A stretch of DNA of 63,990 nucleotides, the filler included, from Catajapyx aquilonaris (Eukaryota): the NCBI GenBank assembly GCA_000934665.2. It is 3 parts of 3 records of this genome, joined end to end, with 100 filler letters (N's around TTAATTAATTAA, not from the genome) between each part and the next. Parts side by side here need not be neighbours in the genome. Positions count along the whole stretch, not along the records: positions 1 to 23,573 come from KZ539503.1; 2 more parts are not named here. One strand, written 5' to 3'. The notes beneath the pieces were generated by a model that saw nothing but the letters and a program-made list of their open reading frames with translations, searched no databases and was not told the origin of the DNA. Each line of letters starts with the position of its first letter. Within the stretch, counting starts at the first letter, position 1. The position numbers and the translations under genes are program-made. Positions 1-13,418 of this stretch are shown here, piece after piece.

Positions 1-288
1 GGGGGGGTTACTATAAGTGAGTTCAGAACTTTTCTAGGGAAGGCAGCCAGTGCCATTTTGTTGATACAAATTAAACTTTTATTGTAGTTTTCATTATTCG
101 GAATTTCGTATGAATTCTGTTAAGTTCCAGTCTCAATACACATCTTACAGTTTTGAGACCTGTTGCTAGTGATTTCCTCATGCATAGAGATAGAGTGTGC
201 GTCTTTTCTACTGCACTGCTGGTGCAATTTTTCCTTTTATTAGAATTTAATATTCACTGGGAAGACCAAAACCTCTTTCAGACTTGTT

Positions 289-303
289 AATAATAATAAC
301 AAC

Positions 304-363
<60 letters not shown>
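289..363. repeat. (AAT)n microsatellite
   Basis: Direct reading. Confidence 0.95.
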
Positions 364-364
<1 letters not shown>

Positions 365-699
365 TAGTGTCCAGGCAACTGGCTGTTGATGGTTGCCTTG
401 TCACTGCGTTATTGATGATGTTAGAGAGTTCGATACTGGCCGTTCTCCTGATCGGACGCTATGTACTTGTTGTCCTGAATACAGTTCCAAACTGGTTCTT
501 ATACCCTTCCCCATGTGTTATTCGTGGTGTCTCTGACGTACTCATCGTGGGGCACTACAATATAATAATAATAATAATGTATTTATTTCCTTTTATATTA
601 AGCGTATGGAAAGACACTCCACCCCTACCACAAAATTCACAAAAAATTGGCACAAAAAGTTTTACAAAGTTTTACAAAGTAGCCTAATCCCACACAACT

Positions 700-1000
700 G
701 TAACTTTTTGACTCCTTCCAAAAAAAACTTGTAGGAGTAAATCCTCGTAACTGCCTCATCCACAAATAGAAAAAAAAAACCTTATCAGGTGGTACCCTCC
801 TGAATTCAATTATATTCCTCCTAGCTTCCACATAGAAGTCACATTCAAATAATATATGAAACAGTGAATTTGCACCCCTCCTTACACACAATGTACATAT
901 ATCCTCATCTTGTATTTTTATTTATATGCAAGGTCATAGATATATTTCTTATATTTATCATCATCCTCATCAAATTTAATGACATATTTCCCTGTAGATA
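700..1000 (-). mobile_element. Decayed LINE ORF2 C-terminal (CCHC zinc knuckle) fragment
   Basis: Frameshifted ICTLCKEG / ANSLFHILFECDFYVEARRNI, resembling the 3' end of the LINE at 10.8 kb. Confidence 0.45.
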
Positions 1001-1325
1001 TCTTTCCTGCATATCTCCATGTTCAGACTTGTTATGTACAATCACAATGGCAGTTATTGTGCTTGCTCATGCCTAGCTGAATGTCAGACAACAAATTTTC
1101 ACTCAAGCACTGTCTACTGGACCAAGTTATTAGCATGTAACCTTGCTGCTTTTAGGAATCAAGGCACATCTGTCTACACCTCTAGCAACTTGGAACCTGA
1201 TGAGTATGCTGTGATAGAGGACAATCTTTGTGATACATGTAAAGGAAGGTCATCATGGAGAAATCAAATCTGCAGTTGCTATCTGTCTGCAACCATTAAA
1301 TGTAAGCTGGCCTACTCACAAAATC

Positions 1326-1468
1326 AGTAGTCATGGTAGTGGTAGTAGAAATAGTAGTAGTCATAGTAGTGATAGTAGAAATAGTAGTAGTGATAGTAGT
1401 GATAGTAGAAATAGTAGTAGTGATAGTAGTGGGAGTAGAAATAGAAGTAGTAGTAGAAGACAGTAGTA
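1326..1468. repeat. Degenerate (AGT)n repeat with about 30-bp periodicity
   Basis: atagtagtagtgatagtagtgatagtagaa units. Confidence 0.9.
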
Positions 1469-1672
1469 ATCCAGGTAGTATGTATTTTCACCCCTTTTGG
1501 GGTTTATCACATGAACCTTTATTATTGTTTCATATACCGTACAACATACTGCAATGGAAAGGGGGGGTGTTCCACAAGGGAGCGGGATCTTGTGGGTAGT
1601 TTTTGAGCCATTTTGTACCCTCTGAAAATCCAGACCTTCTCTCATGGCCCTGGGCAGGAAAGAGAGTGCATT

Positions 1673-1691
1673 TAATGATAATAATAATACA

Positions 1692-1761
<70 letters not shown>

Positions 1762-1782
1762 TGATGATGATGATGATAATAA
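1673..1782. repeat. (AAT)n/(GAT)n microsatellite
   Basis: Direct reading; explains the poly-Ile ORF. Confidence 0.95.
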
Positions 1783-2050
1783 TATTTATTAACGTCTGGG
1801 GTTGTTTCCCCTTATGATGGAGAGAACTTGCCGTCATTGATAATGCTATGAGAATTTACAATTCAGTGCTGAATACATATCGAAAACAAAAACAAAAACA
1901 AGACAGGTTGTAGTTGTATACCTACTACACAGTGTCACCTTCTCCCCCCCCCCCTTCGGAACATCAACCAAACATCCTTTCTCAAAGAGAGTGCATTTCT
2001 TTCTGGATGTTAGTGAAAAGTGGGAATGAACTGATCAAATGAAGGAAAGT

Positions 2051-2430
2051 CTATCGTTTATCCGCACCTAGCGACACGGCAGGGTTGGGAAGGCATGGTG
2101 GGCTCCAAACATGTTGGCTACGGTTGCAAACAATCATTTGCCGGGAGAGCACAACAAAGGGCGTCTTGTTACACCTGCCATGTGAACCGATCAGACGAGT
2201 GCTAGGACCACAGTATTAATGAAGGAGGTGGGAAATATGAAAGCCGTGATGGTTGCTGCAGTCTGTTAACCCAAAGAACGACACTCCGTCAAGCAACCGT
2301 GAAGACATTCGAATTTGGCTGGCAGCAGTATCAAGGCACCCGATTGTTTGCGACGCAACGTTGCCAACCATCGGGAGGCCCCCCGACCGCCCAACCCCGA
2401 CCGCGTTGTTAAGGTGCGGATAAACAATAG
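2051..2430. mobile_element. Non-autonomous TIR element, short copy
   Basis: Inverted ends ctatcgtttatccgcacct / aggtgcggataaacaatag. Homologous to 12243-13002. Confidence 0.75.
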
Positions 2431-2674
2431 TTTATCCCAAATGAATGTGTCGGAGACAGGATTTGAACCCTGAATTCCCACTTGGATGGCCAGGGACAGA
2501 ACCACTATGCTACCATGTTCCCTTCTCAAAAACCATATAGGTCTACAACTTATCAGAACACAGGATGAGGGACTGAACAATTTTTGAACATGCTAGGTCA
2601 GATATAGACCTCCTGCATGGTCATATGCTGATCCACTTCTATGCATTAAGTCAACAGCTCCCACATGTAATATA

Positions 2675-2889
2675 CAGGGTGTCTAAACTTTTTTGTCCGA
2701 ACAATTATCGGAAATATTGCACTAAGCTGCTTATTTTTTAGCAGTGACTTGCAACCAGTGATGCTTCCCTGGCTTTATCAGTTGAGGGATGTACTGTACC
2801 AGGAATGTTGGGGCATATTCTGGCTACATAGCTAGAAGATACATAGGCTTTTCCGATAACTGTTAAAACAAAAAAGTTGAGACACCCTC
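2675..2889. mobile_element. Tc1/mariner-type MITE
   Basis: TA-cagggtgtctaaactttttt ... aaaaagttgagacaccctc-TA. Confidence 0.75.
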
Positions 2890-3145
2890 TATATTACACA
2901 TTAAGAAAAATGTAAGCTACATCTTCTCTCTGAAAGTCTGATAAGCCTTCCTAATTGATGACATCAAATGCGGAAAGGTCTGGGGTATCATGCCATGATT
3001 ATTATTTTATGCTTGTAAGTTTGCACGAACCTCATAAAGATTGTAAAATATAATGCAATAAAATCTGACACTGTTTATAAGCTATTAATAGGTGCAAAAA
3101 TAATTATGGTGGTAAATTCAGCTCGAAAATGCTATTCATGTTGTA

Positions 3146-3315
3146 CAGTGTTTGGCATTAATCGCGTCGTACTGATAGCGACATTTTCCGAAGCGGCAAA
3201 AGAACGAATCTTGCTTGCCCAGCTCGCATTATCCATTGGTTCTATTAGTTTTGCACTTTTTCTGCCGCTTCGGAAAATCTCGCTAGCAGTACGACGCGAT
3301 TAATGTCCAACACTG
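3146..3315. mobile_element. Palindromic TA-flanked MITE
   Basis: cagtgtttggcattaatcgcgtcgtactg ... cagtacgacgcgattaatgtccaacactg. Confidence 0.85.
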
Positions 3316-3622
3316 TACTCCCTATCTCTGATTTCCACTTACATAATTGTATCAAAATTTATTATAGTGCACAGAACCAGTGGGGTGAGACATGAACCAC
3401 CCCCTGACATGGGTCAAGACCATGGCCTTGACTTATAAAGAAAAACATGAAAACCATTTACACAGTTGCCGGATTGACTTTGTAAACTACACCCTGTTGA
3501 GGCTCATTTATACTTATGAGGCCACTGCCAGCAAAATGTCATCCGGCCCACCAATCAGCATCAAAATGAGCCAGCTGCAGTACCAGTATGCAGAAGGCAA
3601 CACATGACTGGATTATCTAGAC

Positions 3623-6600
3623 CAGGGTTTCTCAACCGGGGTTCCATGAGAAATAGTGATGAATAGGGTTATCCATGGACTTATCATATGTAAAAAAAAT
3701 TTGAGCCATTAATTAATATGTAATAATGTTTATGAACCGAAGCAGGTTGGTGTAGTGGATAGGGAGTCTGCCTGCTAATCGGGAGGTCCTGGCTTCTAAT
3801 CCCGGGGCTGGCGACCCTGACCGTGGTTTTCTGTGGTTTCCCACGGTCCCCCCAGGATAATTCCGGGGTCATTTCCGTAAAAGTAGGCCACAGCCACTTC
3901 CTTCCGTCCCTATCCTTAGCCCCACCTATGTGTGAAGTAAGAGTCAGAAAAATTGAAGAAAACTGACGGTAGTATACCACCCCCCCTAAAAGGTCTCCTA
4001 TTACTGGGTAACATAAATATAAATAAATAAGAGCAAAAACATTCCCTGCAGTGAACAAAAGGGTAGTAAGACCTCCGTGGCGGAATGAAAGTACTGAAAC
4101 AAGACCTTCACCAATTGATTTAAGCTGTACCATAGGTCTTACTCAAGAAATTTCCAATTTACTGCTCATGAAGTCTCCTTTCTGAAAACAATTTGTGGAA
4201 TTTTTGTTATACTACTAGTTACTCCTAACTTAGCAGAACCAGTGTAGTGCAATAGTAGGCCTACTGCTACCATTGCAGTAAGTTAGCAGTAACTATAGTT
4301 ACGACAAATATTCCATCCATTAATTTTCCACGAGCCACTCCATATAAGTGTTTTCTGAAATTAGGAACTACAATATTAAGCACATTGAATTTCTATAAAA
4401 TTGGTGCTAATTTTTTGCCATGAAACATTTACGCAGAATCGTCACCTCTTTTAGATGCTTATTTTAACTCTGATGTTTAATTTTTCACATGTAAACGTAA
4501 ATTGGTGACTTTTAGAGGGTCTTTTTCGATTGGATTCTGCATTTTTAGGAGCGAAAATTTCTAAGTCTGTGAGGATGGGTTTAGTTTAGTTTTTTAAAAT
4601 TATTTTCAAAATAAAACCCTACCTACAGCTCTGAGAAGTTTGCAGCATTCACTTTTACGAGCCGTTCCATACAGTAGGGGGAAGCTCTTGTACCTTGGAC
4701 CCCCTTGTACCGTGGGACATGGTCATTTTCTCGAAATCTGTTGGCGAGAAAAAGCACTAATGCCATGCTACTTGAGTGGCCCTCACCCCATTGTGTTTTC
4801 AGCGTCATCGTATTAAGTGTCTGCCTGCTGCATAAAAATGTATAATTTTAGGTAGTAAAAGTAATTTCAGTCACCTTATTAGTGAAAGGTACCATAGCCC
4901 AAGTTACAAAGATCCGAATTTGGCTCCTTCTCTTAATGATAGGGCGTTTTGTGCGCCACAATGTGACCAACTGAAAAGTGTCATAAAAGCAGCCATATTT
5001 TGGGTGGCACCACATTTCGGAGTCTAGGCTTTATCTTGTACCTTGGGACACTGACCCATTTTGTACCTTGGGACGCGTGATAAAGTGTACAACCTACCTA
5101 AGATTGATGTTCTGCTAAAAATTCCCCCTCCAATGAAGTGTGGAGGTTCCCTGCGGCAATGTGAGCAGTTCCCCAGTTGACATTTGGTGTGGACTTGTCA
5201 GAGTACAAAATTTAGTAGGATCTTATCATTCCTAGGTGTGTGTAGGCCCTCCTATTTTTAAATTTTATTACTCCACACCAAATGTAAACTGTTCACATAT
5301 TATACGGAGCTACATGCATACAAAATGCACCTGGATCAAAATCGGCAATATCTTGCACCGTTGACGAGATATTGACCAAAACACAGTTCCAAAAATTACA
5401 CAGGGGAACAAAATTAAATTGTTTTTTGGTGCCTTGAAGGTTCGACCGATTTTAGGGCATATCTCTGGCGCTGATTCTAAAACTGGCATCCATTTCGCTC
5501 CATCAGCTCTAGTATTTGAGATATATCGTTTTAAGTAATGGTAAATTGAATGTGACTTCAATGTTGGAGATGTTGATTAAGAAAAATTTCAGGTAATGTG
5601 GCGGTGCAGATTAATGACCCTCTCTTTCACACTGTAAACTTTATTTTAAAAAGTCCCCAAAAGTCCCCATGGATTTTAGTGTCACAAGGGTCAGAAAACC
5701 TTGGGGAAGTGGGTGCAACAGTTTTCCTTTGCCCAAAATTGCCCCTTTTTGAGATATTGTCCCATCAATACGACCGTGCGAAATGCATCAGTGGGCTGGG
5801 GAGGCGCGCTCGGGCTGTGGACTTTGGTAGTTTGTGTGCGAGTGCAGTAAGTGGCTAGACATTGGTTGAAAATCTTCCTCAGACAACAGCCACAGGTTAA
5901 TGTTCGCAAAATGTGCGTGCATGCAGTTATACAGGGTGTCCCAAAACGAATACAGATCTGAAATGACTTTAGGACCCTCAAAACCAGCTAATATTGATAT
6001 TTCTGTGAAAATACCGCTGAGTGCTCTGGTTACCTGGTGTAGAGAAGAATAGGTCCACATAGTAGGGCTATTTACTTATGGTTATGAAAAAAAGGCACAT
6101 TCACACGGTGAATTCGGCGGTAGTATGACGTTACATACAGCTAAGCCAGAAACATTGCATAAATTCTGGCTGAACTGAGATAGGTGACAGGGTGAGGGGG
6201 GTTTCAACTATACGCTACCTGCCTTGATACCTGCACACACTGCATACCTATATGTATACTCCGATTTGTATGTTATGACTGGCGTTACATTCGTTACTTG
6301 CTTAGTGATCACCGCAATAGTTGCATAGTATTTTTGTAATGCACCTAATTGAGTACCCCTTCTATGCTATCGAATGGCCATACACAATCAGCATGAAGGA
6401 ACTAGCAGTATCCAGTCGCCGAAATGGCCTTATGAATATGCCTTTACTTTCAATGTGACCTTCGTACCTACCTACCAGCAAGGTATTACCAGTTGATAAG
6501 GAGAGGGAATAAAATTTCTGCCTACTTAGATGCTAATGACTTTCGTTACACCATGTACATCAGTCATGCAATTTATAGGCTCCCAATATTTACACGGTCA

Positions 6601-7270
6601 ACATGCCATGTTGTGAAATTTTCGTGCTTGTATTGCAATAGGAACGACAAGGGGGAGTTTTGGACAAGTAACCCCGCGCCCTGGCCTACTGTGCAGCGGG
6701 GTAACATTTCGCTAACAATATGGCGAGGTGGTAAATAAGAATTGACATTGCTAGGTGATGGCATCATGAACAAAGGAAGTATTTGACAGAAAAGATCGGT
6801 GAAAAAAAATAATCACAACTTAAATCCTGCAGCAGATGGAACTGTGAGGTTTTGAACATAGATGTGCACCATCCTACTGCGCATTCGGCCCTTTGATGAA
6901 GAAACCAAATTCCTAATCGTTATTGTGCAAAAAAATAGAAACTTATTTTTTAGTGGTTTCTAATTTTTTTGCGGCATTTTGAAGAGGAATTCAGTTGAGC
7001 TATAAATGGTAGGAATGCACTTCACAGTGGTGGGGATCTGTGTTCAAAATTTGGAAGCTCTGCCTGCAGCAGAACTTGAGTCTGGGCGAATAAACAAAGT
7101 GTAACAACAACAAGATGTTGCAAATATTCATTGGTGAAAATTGTTGTACGATCTTACTTAGGGGCTACCGCCCCTAAAATAAATAAAATAATCATGTTTA
7201 TGAAGGGGTTCCCTGACACTTCAATATTATTTTAAGGGTTCTTCAAGGGCAAAAAGGTTGAGAAACCCTG
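3623..7270. mobile_element. hAT (Charlie-like) element expanded by nested insertions
   Basis: TIR cagggtttctcaacc / ggttgagaaaccctg; 8-bp TSD atctagac / agctagac. Confidence 0.75.
3736..4030 (+). mobile_element. tRNA-derived SINE, family 1 (Lm1/Talua-like body)
   Basis: Pol III A/B-box-like head, ggttttctgtggtttccc...taggccacagccacttccttcc body, AAAT tail. Copies at 16318 and 59555. Confidence 0.85.
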
Positions 7271-7692
7271 AGCTAGACACTGACCAGTGTAATGCACTTA
7301 TACTAGCTACTATACTAGCAACTGCCACGTATGTAAACAGGCCTTTAGTCCTTCTCTTGGTAATCCTGCTGAAGCTAGTTTTTGCAATGATACTCTAGTA
7401 CACACTGTAGTACAAGTACAATTACTAACCTGTAAGACTGTTGCATGGTGCCATTGATAATCACTATTAAAATTAATGACAAAGACATTAATTTTTAAAA
7501 ACTTCTCATGTACAGTATTAGGAAACATACAGGTTGATAGCCTGCACACTTCTGATCTGACAAAAGTAGTGTTGGCTACTTATTTCGTTTTCAGTGTGGT
7601 GGACCTCTACTGGCAAGTCCTAATAAGGGTCAAAAATTGCACATTCTGAGCCTGAAGGTCAATCAGGCCAGAAGTCACAAAACATATGCTAC

Positions 7693-8073
7693 ATGGATCC
7701 TCTACTTCGAGTCAAGGGTGGAGACATGGTGTGGGCAACAAGGGAAGGATTCCCACCCTGGCCTGGGATGGTGGTGGAACTGCCTAAGGAGCCAAATCGC
7801 TCAACTCTGAATAAAAGCATACATTACATATGGTTGTTTGGAACTGACAAACATGCATGGATAGAAAAGAATAACATTAAGCCTTACCTGGAATTTAAGG
7901 ATGAGTTTCCCAAGACTGAATCAGGAATCTTCAGAGATGCAGTGGATGCCGCTAAGGAGTGCATTCCGAGAAAGGAGTACAAACGCAGTACTGATGATGA
8001 AATCCTGTGTGGGACACAGTGTGGAGGCAAGTCGATGGTGATGATTGAGATGGAGTCACCTAATGGACCAAAG
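7693..8073 (+). CDS. GLYR1: GLYR1/NP60-like gene, coding exon 1 (PWWP domain)
   Basis: GDMVWATREGFPPWPGMVV...IWLFGTDKHAWI...IKPY is a PWWP signature. Acceptor ttttcag at 7594 with an in-frame TAA (7621) before ATG 7693. Phase-0 donor AAG|GTAATT at 8073/8074. Confidence 0.9.
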
Positions 8074-8185
8074 GTAATTGAATCTGTGTTATAGCCTATG
8101 AATGATGCACAAGTCAAACGGCAGCCTGCATGTTACATGAGCTTCACTTTTCCAATAAATAACATTAGTCTGACCAACTCTCCAG

Positions 8186-8509
8186 CCCAAGAAGCCATGT
8201 CGGCCCCAGTCGCCGAATGCAGAAACTGTCAGCAGTACTCTCACCACATCTAACAATGGGGCAATGGCGTCGACAATGTCTGCCCAACCCTCCACAAAGC
8301 CCCACCAACCAATGTTGGCTCACGCCTCTCATGTGGACAGCCTGCCCAGTGGGTCAGGAGAGGGAGCAGAACTGACCCCATTTAGAGGATTCCACAAGCC
8401 TGGAGTTGTATCCAACTTCCTTGACCGTCCTACGGGGATCAGCAAACCAGATGCCCTTCCATCAGATGTTGAAAGTGTCTACCAGAAACTTCGAGATCGA
8501 AATATACAG
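8186..8509 (+). CDS. GLYR1: GLYR1-like coding exon 2 (low-complexity linker ending VYQKLRDRNIQ)
   Basis: Acceptor ctctccag at 8185, open frame, phase-0 donor CAG|GTGAGG. Joins in frame to PSGRKIGFLGLG of the next exon. Confidence 0.8.
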
Positions 8510-8959
8510 GTGAGGAGGTGGCTCATTTGTTTCTCCTTGCATGTCTAGTGATACCAATCATTCATGATCAGTGACATTGGAAATTACACAGTTCCATGCT
8601 AGGATATCCTCCTGAGACCTGGTGTCGTCATAATTATGTTGACATCAGCAAAAAAAAAATTTGGCCCTAACTAGTGATGCCAACAGAACTGTAATCTGGT
8701 ATCCCATGAGTACAATCTGGCCTCAATAGGTGTAGCCACCTAGTGTCGAATATCTGACTTTGGCCGTGAAAATTAAATCACTTATGGAAATGGTGGATTC
8801 CACTGCTGAAGCTAGGCGCTCATCTGATAAGTTTTATTTTTTTACTCATACTATTTAGAGTGCGATTTTCGCAATGCCGTGAATGTCCTGGGATTCTCAA
8901 GGAATGTGTATTAGGAAATACGAAAAGATGTGTCTGTGACAATCTTTGTTGCTGTAGAG

Positions 8960-9262
8960 CAGCGGTTCTTAAACTGTCCTAGACCGCGGACCCCCTTCAG
9001 AGATCACTCGCCCTCGAGGACCCCCAAGAATTATGTCAAAGTTTAAAGCTCGGAATTATTTGTAAAATATTTCCCTAATATATCCCTAAATAAATATAAA
9101 AATATATATTTTGTATATATTTCCCTAATATATTCCCTATATATTCAATTCATAACAACTGTAAACAACTGCTTGCGTATTTTTCAGAACCTTTGTGGAA
9201 CACTGGTAGGGTCTCGCGGACCCCCTGAGAGGGTCCCGCGGACCCCAGTTTAAGAAGCACTG
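8960..9262. mobile_element. hAT MITE
   Basis: TIR cagcggttcttaaactg / cagtttaagaagcactg; perfect 8-bp TSD ctgtagag. Confidence 0.9.
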
Positions 9263-9723
9263 CTGTAGAGAACTGGTAATTGTCTTTTCTTCCTGAGACC
9301 AAATGCCCATTTAAATGGACATCCGAAATTAATTTTTTTAGCTGAATGGGCTGTGACTTTTCTTGAAGTGCCTGTACCTGTACACCCATAAGGAAGTGTG
9401 CTTTGCACTATACAGTTCAGTTTTAAAATCTAGAATAGCGAGGTACCATGCTAGGGGGTAAGAAGGGAAGGAGCAAGCCCGATGCCTGGAGTGGTGGCAT
9501 TAAAAAATAATTTCATTTATCTTTAATTGTTTTCTGAGAGGAATTGCTACCACGAATTCCACAAATGAATTTAAAAAACATTGTTTTGAGGATAGAGCAC
9601 TATGTTAGTGATCCATTAAGTGGTATTTAAATTTTCAGCTTTCATCAATCAATCAATCAATTTATTTTACCTCGTTGCATCGATGCAATGAGGGACTTAC
9701 ATCCCATACATTTTAGAGCACTA

Positions 9724-10065
9724 TTTTGTTTTGTTTTTTTGAAGTACCCCGTGATGACCTTTTTCGTCTATAGGGGGGTGGATTACCACCATTGGAGGGA
9801 AAGGGCTGTTGTCTATTTTTGAATACGCCCGGACCCACGGGCAGGGAAACTGGGAGGGGATGTGCAAAGTGCGTGTGCACAGACGTTGATGTGCCGTTTT
9901 GTGAACTCCCCCGGGTGGCATATGTGGAAGGATCGCCACCCGAAACGAAGCCAGAGACGGTCTTACTCTGTGCGAGATGAAGGGAGGAAACCCCGGGTTG
10001 GGCTCGAACCCGGGACCTTAACATCCGCGGGCGCATACGTTACCGCAGCGCCACTTCGCCTCCCC
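9724..10065 (-). mobile_element. tRNA-derived SINE, family 2
   Basis: Head ggggaggcgaagtggcgctgcggtaa...ggttcgagccc; TSD agagcacta. Confidence 0.88.
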
Positions 10066-10385
10066 AGAGCACTAATAATTATAAGAGGGGTCCTTGCTTG
10101 GAAGTAAATAGATCTTTGACATAATCACACCCGATGTCCAGTGTCCTGGGGGGCGGAGCACTGAGAACCAGCACAGCCCATATAGAGAAGAACAATGTTG
10201 CAACCAGAAAGATGATTTTACAACCAACTGGGGGAAGGGGGGGACATTGGAGCATAATAGGTGGTTTGACATAATTTTACAGGCTGAGGTGCCATTTGGC
10301 CACATATATCAAGTAGTAGTACAAAGCTTTGGTTTTGTCTTTTGGTGGGGTAACAAACAAAGCTAAGTAAAGTCATTCCTAGGTA

Positions 10386-10755
10386 ATTTTATTTTTTTTA
10401 TTTTTTTAAATAATAATCCTTGGGTAGTGCCTGACCCTATATAGGGTATGCGGCATGGACCTTTATTATACTTGAAGTACAATGCAGTACAATGCTGGAA
10501 CCTTGAGCGAATCGCCCGGGCCCACGGGCAGGATGACAGGAGGGGATGTGCAAGGTGCAGTGCAATGTCTTAATGTGGCCATTTTTAGTGAACTCCCCCG
10601 GGTGGTTTAGTCTGTTGGATATACCACCCGAGACGAAGCCAGAGGTGACCCTGAACTCTGCACGAGATGAAGGGGGTGTCCCCGAGTTGGGATCGAACCC
10701 GGGACCTTAACATCCGTGGGCGCGTACTTTACCGCAGCACCACTTCGCCTCCCCT
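10386..10755 (-). mobile_element. tRNA-derived SINE, family 2, second copy
   Basis: Same head as 9724-10065; 15-bp TSD agtcattcctaggta; A-rich tail. Confidence 0.88.
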
Positions 10756-10789
10756 AGTCATTCCTAGGTACGTTGGGAAAATTCTGGAG

Positions 10790-12060
10790 ATAGGTTGTTC
10801 TTCAAACATTTGACACTTATAAATCATGTGGAACCAGTCATCAGGCAAATCAGAGTTACATAAGGAACTGATGCTCAGGGGGTCAATTTTTACATGGCGA
10901 TTATCTCCTAGTGGAATCCAGTTTGCACTGGTTCTCAAACAGACGAGCATCCTACACAGTCTAAAATCCCACATTTCTAACATAGGCTACTATAAAAAGC
11001 CAGGCTATATTTGAAATAGTCATACGCCTGGCATTTGTCATGATTTAATTTGGACTTTTTTAGACAACTGACGTCATCCAATATCCAATACTTTTGTAGC
11101 CATACGTTATCCTCGATTGATGTAAAGTGTCCTATCGTTTGGCTGTGTTGGCTGATGATACTATCAAGTTGTTTGACCCAGTTATATTTCTGGGGGAGTG
11201 GGCTGCATTCTGACATTAAATATAAGAGCGCTTTTTTCGGGAGTCTTTCTGGCACCATCTTTTGTAAGCGTCTAAAGTACCTCAAGGCCTGAAGAATTCT
11301 TAAGTCCCGCTTCAAGCCGTAGTAGGTAACCCGCAGTTCTTGATCCTGTTGCAAGCAATTTTCTAATTACATAAGTTTGTACTTTTTCCATATACTTGAG
11401 AAGTTTCAGACCCCATATGGGGGGTGCATATAAACCTGCTGATTTTATAGTCGAATCGATATTTAAAGGATGAAATTAAGAGTGGGAAGCGCGCCATCCG
11501 TAATAATGGGCTAGTTGCATTGGTTTTGGTTTTGATTTGCATACTATATCATTGAGCTCTCTGATAAATTGACCTGAGGAGGAGAATAAAACTCCCAAGT
11601 AACGATAACTAGGGACTATTTCTATTGGATTCATATTTATCGTCAATTTATCCGTTGCTGCCAAAAGGCCTCCTTTCCTAAATATGACAGCTTTGATTTT
11701 AGTAAGGTTTAGACTGAGTTCATTTGTTTCCAGATATGTATAGGTATATGCCAATAGTTTTTGCATATAAAGGCGATTATCTGTCATCAGGACAATGTCA
11801 TCTGCGAAGAGCAGGGTTTTTAAGTCATATTGAATCCCCGGCAATTGGATACCCTGTGCTAAGGATTGGTTTAACCAGGACACAAAATCATGTAGGTATT
11901 AGGGAGAAGAGGAGGGGGGAGAGAGGATCTCCTTGGAGGACCCCTTTACCCAAAGACCAAAGTATCCGTAACAGTGCTCTTGAAAATGACTTTAAGTACA
12001 CCACAAACTTATTAAATGGGAAACCTGTCTGCTTCATCCCCATTAATGTATCCTCGCTTT
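10790..12060 (-). mobile_element. Decayed LINE reverse-transcriptase fragment
   Basis: GVLQGDPLSP, LLFADDIVL, YRYLGVLFS and ERLPKKAL motifs, interrupted by frameshifts. Confidence 0.9.
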
Positions 12061-12242
12061 AATCTCTGGAACTGGGGAATGCTTATTATTTTGCATATCA
12101 CATGTTTTTGAGAAGACCATAGTCCATAGAGTAGACAGAGGAGGTAACTACCATGGTGATGTATGTCACCGTAGACATACCTAACGCAACCATATTTGGC
12201 ATAGGTAATGGCACAATATGAGATAGTGAAAACAAGGAAAGC

Positions 12243-13002
12243 CTATCGGTTATCCACACCTAGCGACGCGGTGGGATTGGCAGGTCCAAACATGTTGGCT
12301 ACGCGTCGCAAACAACCGGTTGCCAGGGCGTCTTCTTACCCCTGCCACGCGAACCGTTCAGACGAGTGCTAGGACCACAGTATTAATGAAGGAGGTGGGA
12401 AATATGAAAGCCATGATGGTTGCTGCAGTCCGTTAACCCAAAGAACGATATGATGTCACACCAGACGTGTTTTCTGAGCGTGTGCAGTAGTATGCCTGCA
12501 GAGTGAGTCGTGGGCATGATAGGAGGGGAGAGCCTGGTGGTGGCGGGCGGAACTTGGCGTCATGTAGTTCATTGGTTTAACGGACTGTGTGAAGGTGTAC
12601 TTCGCGCTTGGCAAAGCCACAATAACGTTCGTTGGCCTGCGGCGCCACAAGGCGGACAGTAAATGTTGCGGATACAGAAACCCACAATAAGCGCCCAGCT
12701 CCGCTATCGCTCCGCAAAAACTAAAAATATCATGCACGGGCGATGTACCGTGCCTGGCAGGGCCACAACAATGTACAGTACTGTTGCGGTAACAAAAAGC
12801 CATACAGCAACACCAAGACAAATGGCTATTCCATCCACTTAATCACCTGAAAATCCCGAATTGAATCCCCGAAAGCCCGAAAAGAAGAATAAAGCACAGT
12901 TCCATGTAACCATGCAGCAGTATCAATAGGCACCCGATTGTTTGCGACGCAACGTTGCCAACCGTCGGGAGGCCTTGTTGTTAACGTGCGGATAAACAAT
13001 AG
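12243..13002. mobile_element. Non-autonomous TIR element, long copy (about 400 bp extra internal sequence)
   Basis: Shares ends and body with 2051-2430; an internal piece recurs at about 32345-32435. Confidence 0.75.
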
Positions 13003-13418
13003 TATATCCGAAAACAATAGGTGATGAACACACACACAAACAATTCCAATGTGACAACCGCACAACTCCCAATAAAAAGAGGCTGCAAGCCAGGACAGGG
13101 AGTTAGTGCGGTTAGGGTAATAGCATGGTCTATCCGATGTAGCACAACTGCATGGGGGTTACCCCCAGTAATGTAGACTGTTATTGTTATCAAATATATA
13201 TTACTTGTTGTTAACTGTTCGTTGTTCTAATCCCACACACCCATCGAACCGACCGTACCGAACGGTCACATGTGTATCAAATGTTGTGAGTGAACAATGT
13301 TACCCCATGGGTAAGTTACATTTTTGTTGCCCATGCTATACTGTTAAATAGGCCTAAATTAATGTAATAACTGATGTTGTGATTGATGTGCCATTACATA
13401 TTCTTTTGTTAAATTTAG

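Noticed and set aside
1019..1330. Cys-rich 103-aa ORF
   Set aside because: No recognisable motif spacing or splice context.
1230..1837. Ser-, Val- and Ile-rich ORFs
   Set aside because: Translations of microsatellites.
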